A stretch of 63,541 nt of DNA, counting the filler, from Reticulomyxa filosa (taxonomy: Eukaryota > Protista > Foraminifera), in assembly GCA_000512085.1 (NCBI GenBank). It is 15 parts of 15 records of this genome, joined end to end, with 100 filler letters (N's around TTAATTAATTAA, not from the genome) between each part and the next. Parts side by side here need not be neighbours in the genome. Positions count along the whole stretch, not along the records: positions 59,924 to 63,541 come from ASPP01007414.1; 14 more parts are not named here. One strand, written 5' to 3'. Of this stretch, positions 60,382-63,541 are shown piece after piece. The notes beneath the pieces are model-generated. The model was not told the origin of the DNA, did no database searches, and saw nothing but the letters and a program-made list of their open reading frames with translations. Numbering within the stretch: the stretch's first letter is position 1; the number at the start of each line of letters is the position of its first letter. The translations under genes and the position numbers were made by a program.

Positions 60382-61372
60382 GATGAAATCCTCTTCCTTT
60401 TTTCCCCCTTATCCCTTTTCTGCCCCCCTCCCCTCTTTTAGCTAATTTACTTCAGAACGTCTTTTGCTTTTGTTTTCCTTTTTCAGCTTTTTGTTGCAAT
60501 AGTTCGGGCTTGCTTTGGGCTGCTGTTGTTAATGCTTTTTTGTCATATCATTTGTAATGTGGTAATCAATCTGTAGATATTGGGGTATATTCCTTGACAG
60601 CTGCTCAACTGTAAAACATCTTTTTTCTAAAGATATGAAGGTTTATATGTAATGCTGCCTATTGTTGCTATTAGAAGGTTTTGTGATGCATTTGAGTTGA
60701 AAATTTAATATATCTGTCAAAAAAATATATTTATTTGTTTTCTTTGTTGCATGTGCTATTTCTCATTTAATTTATTGGAGTCGTTATTGTCCATTCGGAA
60801 AAACGATATGTTTTCATTCACAAAGTATTTATCTAATTGGCAACAAAGCGTTTTAAAGTATTACGGTCGCTATACGATCAAAGAGTGTTAAACATTAGCT
60901 TTTCAATTTGAACTAACGCTATTGTGTTCGTGTTTCACCTTTTTTTTTTGTTGCTGTACATTGCAACTTTTTAAACTATCCCAACAGAAAAAAACAAAAA
61001 CTTGGAAAAGATAAGCAAAAAGTTTACAGAAATGATCTTCACATGCCGCAAACATGGGATATCAAACAAAACACTGCAAGAGGTTCTCTTTGTTGGAAGG
61101 ACACTAACTTTATTTTGTGGAATAGGCTCTTCAAAGAAAATTACAAAAAAAAATTTGAAAAAGAAAAGGGGGAGAAAAAAAAAAACTGCCCAAAAAAAAA
61201 AAAAAAATTAGCAACAACAAAAGTTTCTCCTTTTTTTTTTTTTTTTTTTAGATTTTGTTTGATGAACTTTGACACAAAGAAGAAAATTTCAAAAATAAGT
61301 GTTTGAGAAAACCGGTGCACAAGCGAACAGACAAGTAAATTTCAGGGTCCAACACACAACAAATTCCCTCAT

Positions 61373-62245
61373 TCAAAGTATGATACATTTGCAACAGTGT
61401 TTTGTCGGCTGGGTCTGGACGACCTCCACTTTGTTGTCACCTTGGGCTTCGTTTGTACTAGTTTGAGTGGTGCTGTTTTAAAAATATGTATGTATGTATA
61501 TGTACACGTATTAATAAAAAAAAAAAAAAACTATATAAAATGAAATAAACCTGTTTGCCACTAATTGTTTGGCAATAGTTAAAAAAGCTTTGTCAACATT
61601 TGCAGCAGTTTTTGCAGATGTTTCAATGAAAGAGCTTGATACACGTTCGGCATATGATTGAGCAGATGTTTCTTCAACTTCTCTGTGTTCGACCAAATCA
61701 GCTTTATTTCCCACCACCAATTTGGTTACATTGGAACCAGCGCATCTGTGTACTTCATCCAACCAATCTTGTACATGTTCAAATGTTGATTTTTGTGTTA
61801 TGTCATACACCAATATCACTCCATGAGCACCTCGATAATATGCTGATGTTATTTGTCGAAATCTTTCTTGTCCCTTTTATATATATATATATATATATGT
61901 GTATATGTATACATTTATAAATGTATAAACATATACATTTATACATTTATAAATTTATAACTGCTGTGTCCCATATTTGTAATTTCACTAATTTTTTGTC
62001 TAAAGTGACTGTTCGAAATCTAAAATCCACACCTACAGTTGATATGTAGTTGTCATCAAAGCTGTCATCTGCAAAACGATGCAATAATGCTGTTTTTCCT
62101 ACGGATGCATCTCCTATTAATACCAGCTTAAATAGGTAATCGCTGTTTGTGTTTTTGTTTTTTTTAAAAAAAGTTTAATCTTAAGAGAAAACTACAAAAT
62201 AATTTTTTAGAAATATTTTACTCACAATTCTCGGTTTTTGGTCAT
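61373..62245 (-). CDS. RAB1A: Rab1-family GTPase (SAR-specific Rab1A type), 4 exons
   Basis: Exons 62245-62226, 62142-61962, 61873-61551 and 61472-61373: [72 protein letters not shown]. Confidence 0.9.
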
Positions 62246-62481
62246 CAGTCTATTTTTTTTTCACTAACAGAATTATGAAAGACTAGAGTTTTTTTTTTGA
62301 GTATTCCCCAAGACTTTTTTTTTTATAATAAAAAAAAACTTGATAATTTTTAATGTAATAAATATTTATAAATTATTTTAATGAAAAATTGATAAAGATT
62401 ATTTCTAATATTATATTAGAGACAGAGGGGATTATTATTATTTTTTAAAAAAACTTTCTACAAAAAAAACTAAAAAAAAAA

Positions 62482-62714
62482 ATGACATCTGAATCAACAA
62501 CTACAGAAGGCTTTTCGCTTACCTTAGAAGAATGGTTAAAAGAACATGATTTATCCTTCTTAAAAACTCGCTTTGATGACTATTCAGTTAAATTAACTTT
62601 GGACGATTTTATATGTTTTAGTGAAAATGATTTAAGAGATTTTTGTAAAGAATTAGGTTTAAATGCAGGAGAACGAGTATTATTTTTAAAAGCAGTAAAT
62701 TCATTACAAAAAAC

Positions 62715-62758
<44 letters not shown>

Positions 62759-63541
62759 TGAATAATTATAATGATAATGATAATGATATTATGGGACAAA
62801 ATGTAGGTGAACCTGGAAGTTATACAAAAAAAGAAATAGTACATATATTTTTAGGTCCAGAAGAACGTAGAATACAAGATACATTACATGAATATTATAA
62901 TAATTGTTATACAAATTTACATTATTGGATTACATATTTAAAATTATTTAATCAACAATGTAATAATTGTTCTAAAGATATTGAAAATATATTTGATAAA
63001 ATTAGTAAACAATTATCTAATTATTGTTATAATTTAATACAAGAATTAAATGATATTAAACATCAACAATTATTAAATATTGAAAGTGATTTAACAAAAT
63101 TGCGATGTTACGTTTTATATTTTTAAAAAAAAAAAAAAAAAAAATAATTTATATATCACATATATCACATATATAGTAATTCGATCCAATATGAATCAAT
63201 GTAAAATTGAATTCAAAACAATAGCATCTAATTCAAATTATACATCACAACAACGATTAATTGCATTAAATAAATTATTACAAGTAATTCCAGATGATTT
63301 TGATTCATTAAAAGTAATAGATAATAAAGAAATGGAACCAACTATTGAATTTTATAGTGATCTAGAAAAAATTATGCAAATAATAACAAAACAATGTATA
63401 AAAATTGAAATTTATGATGAAGATATATTAAAATTAATTAATATAAAAAATGATAATAAAGATATTAATAATAATAATAATAATAATAATATAGATAATT
63501 CTATAATTGCATTAATATTACAATATAATAATAATAATAAT
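62482..63541 (+). CDS. SAM-domain protein with poly-Asn tract and coiled coil; runs off the window
   Basis: LEEWLKEHDLSFLKTRF..LTLDDFICFSENDLRDFCKELGLNAGERVLFLKAVNSL is a SAM domain; (AAT)n at 62716-62760; intron near 63112-63176. Confidence 0.75.

Overview
This window is not one continuous locus. It is 15 unrelated contigs joined by 14 identical 100-nt artificial linkers (N44-TTAATTAATTAA-N44). Thirteen contigs come from an AT-rich, intron-containing SAR eukaryote, most likely a rhizarian/foraminiferan such as Reticulomyxa. The evidence is a SAR-type Rab1A, an EFL remnant, and expanded WD40/Kelch/TPR families with many pseudogenes. Two GC-rich contigs are alphaproteobacterial: a dnaB fragment (10192-11575) and a small mobilizable plasmid (17223-24837). 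The plasmid carries traA 3' end, DUF6118, TetR, MFS pump, a StrA-like aph(3''), a flavodoxin-fold oxidoreductase, a serine recombinase, an RHH protein and repA. There are three main leads. (1) On the plasmid, co-oriented cargo genes are separated by related 28-bp pseudo-palindromic sites (TGTCGCGAAA...CGCGACA) and face away from a small serine recombinase, which looks like an integron-like cassette array run by a serine recombinase. (2) A eukaryotic gene fuses a CHAT caspase-like protease with intact catalytic motifs, a STAND NTPase and a STAT-type linker/SH2 domain. (3) A ~32-aa module occurs at the N-terminus of a WD40 protein and at the C-terminus of a Kelch protein. All family assignments come from motif recognition by eye; no searches were run.
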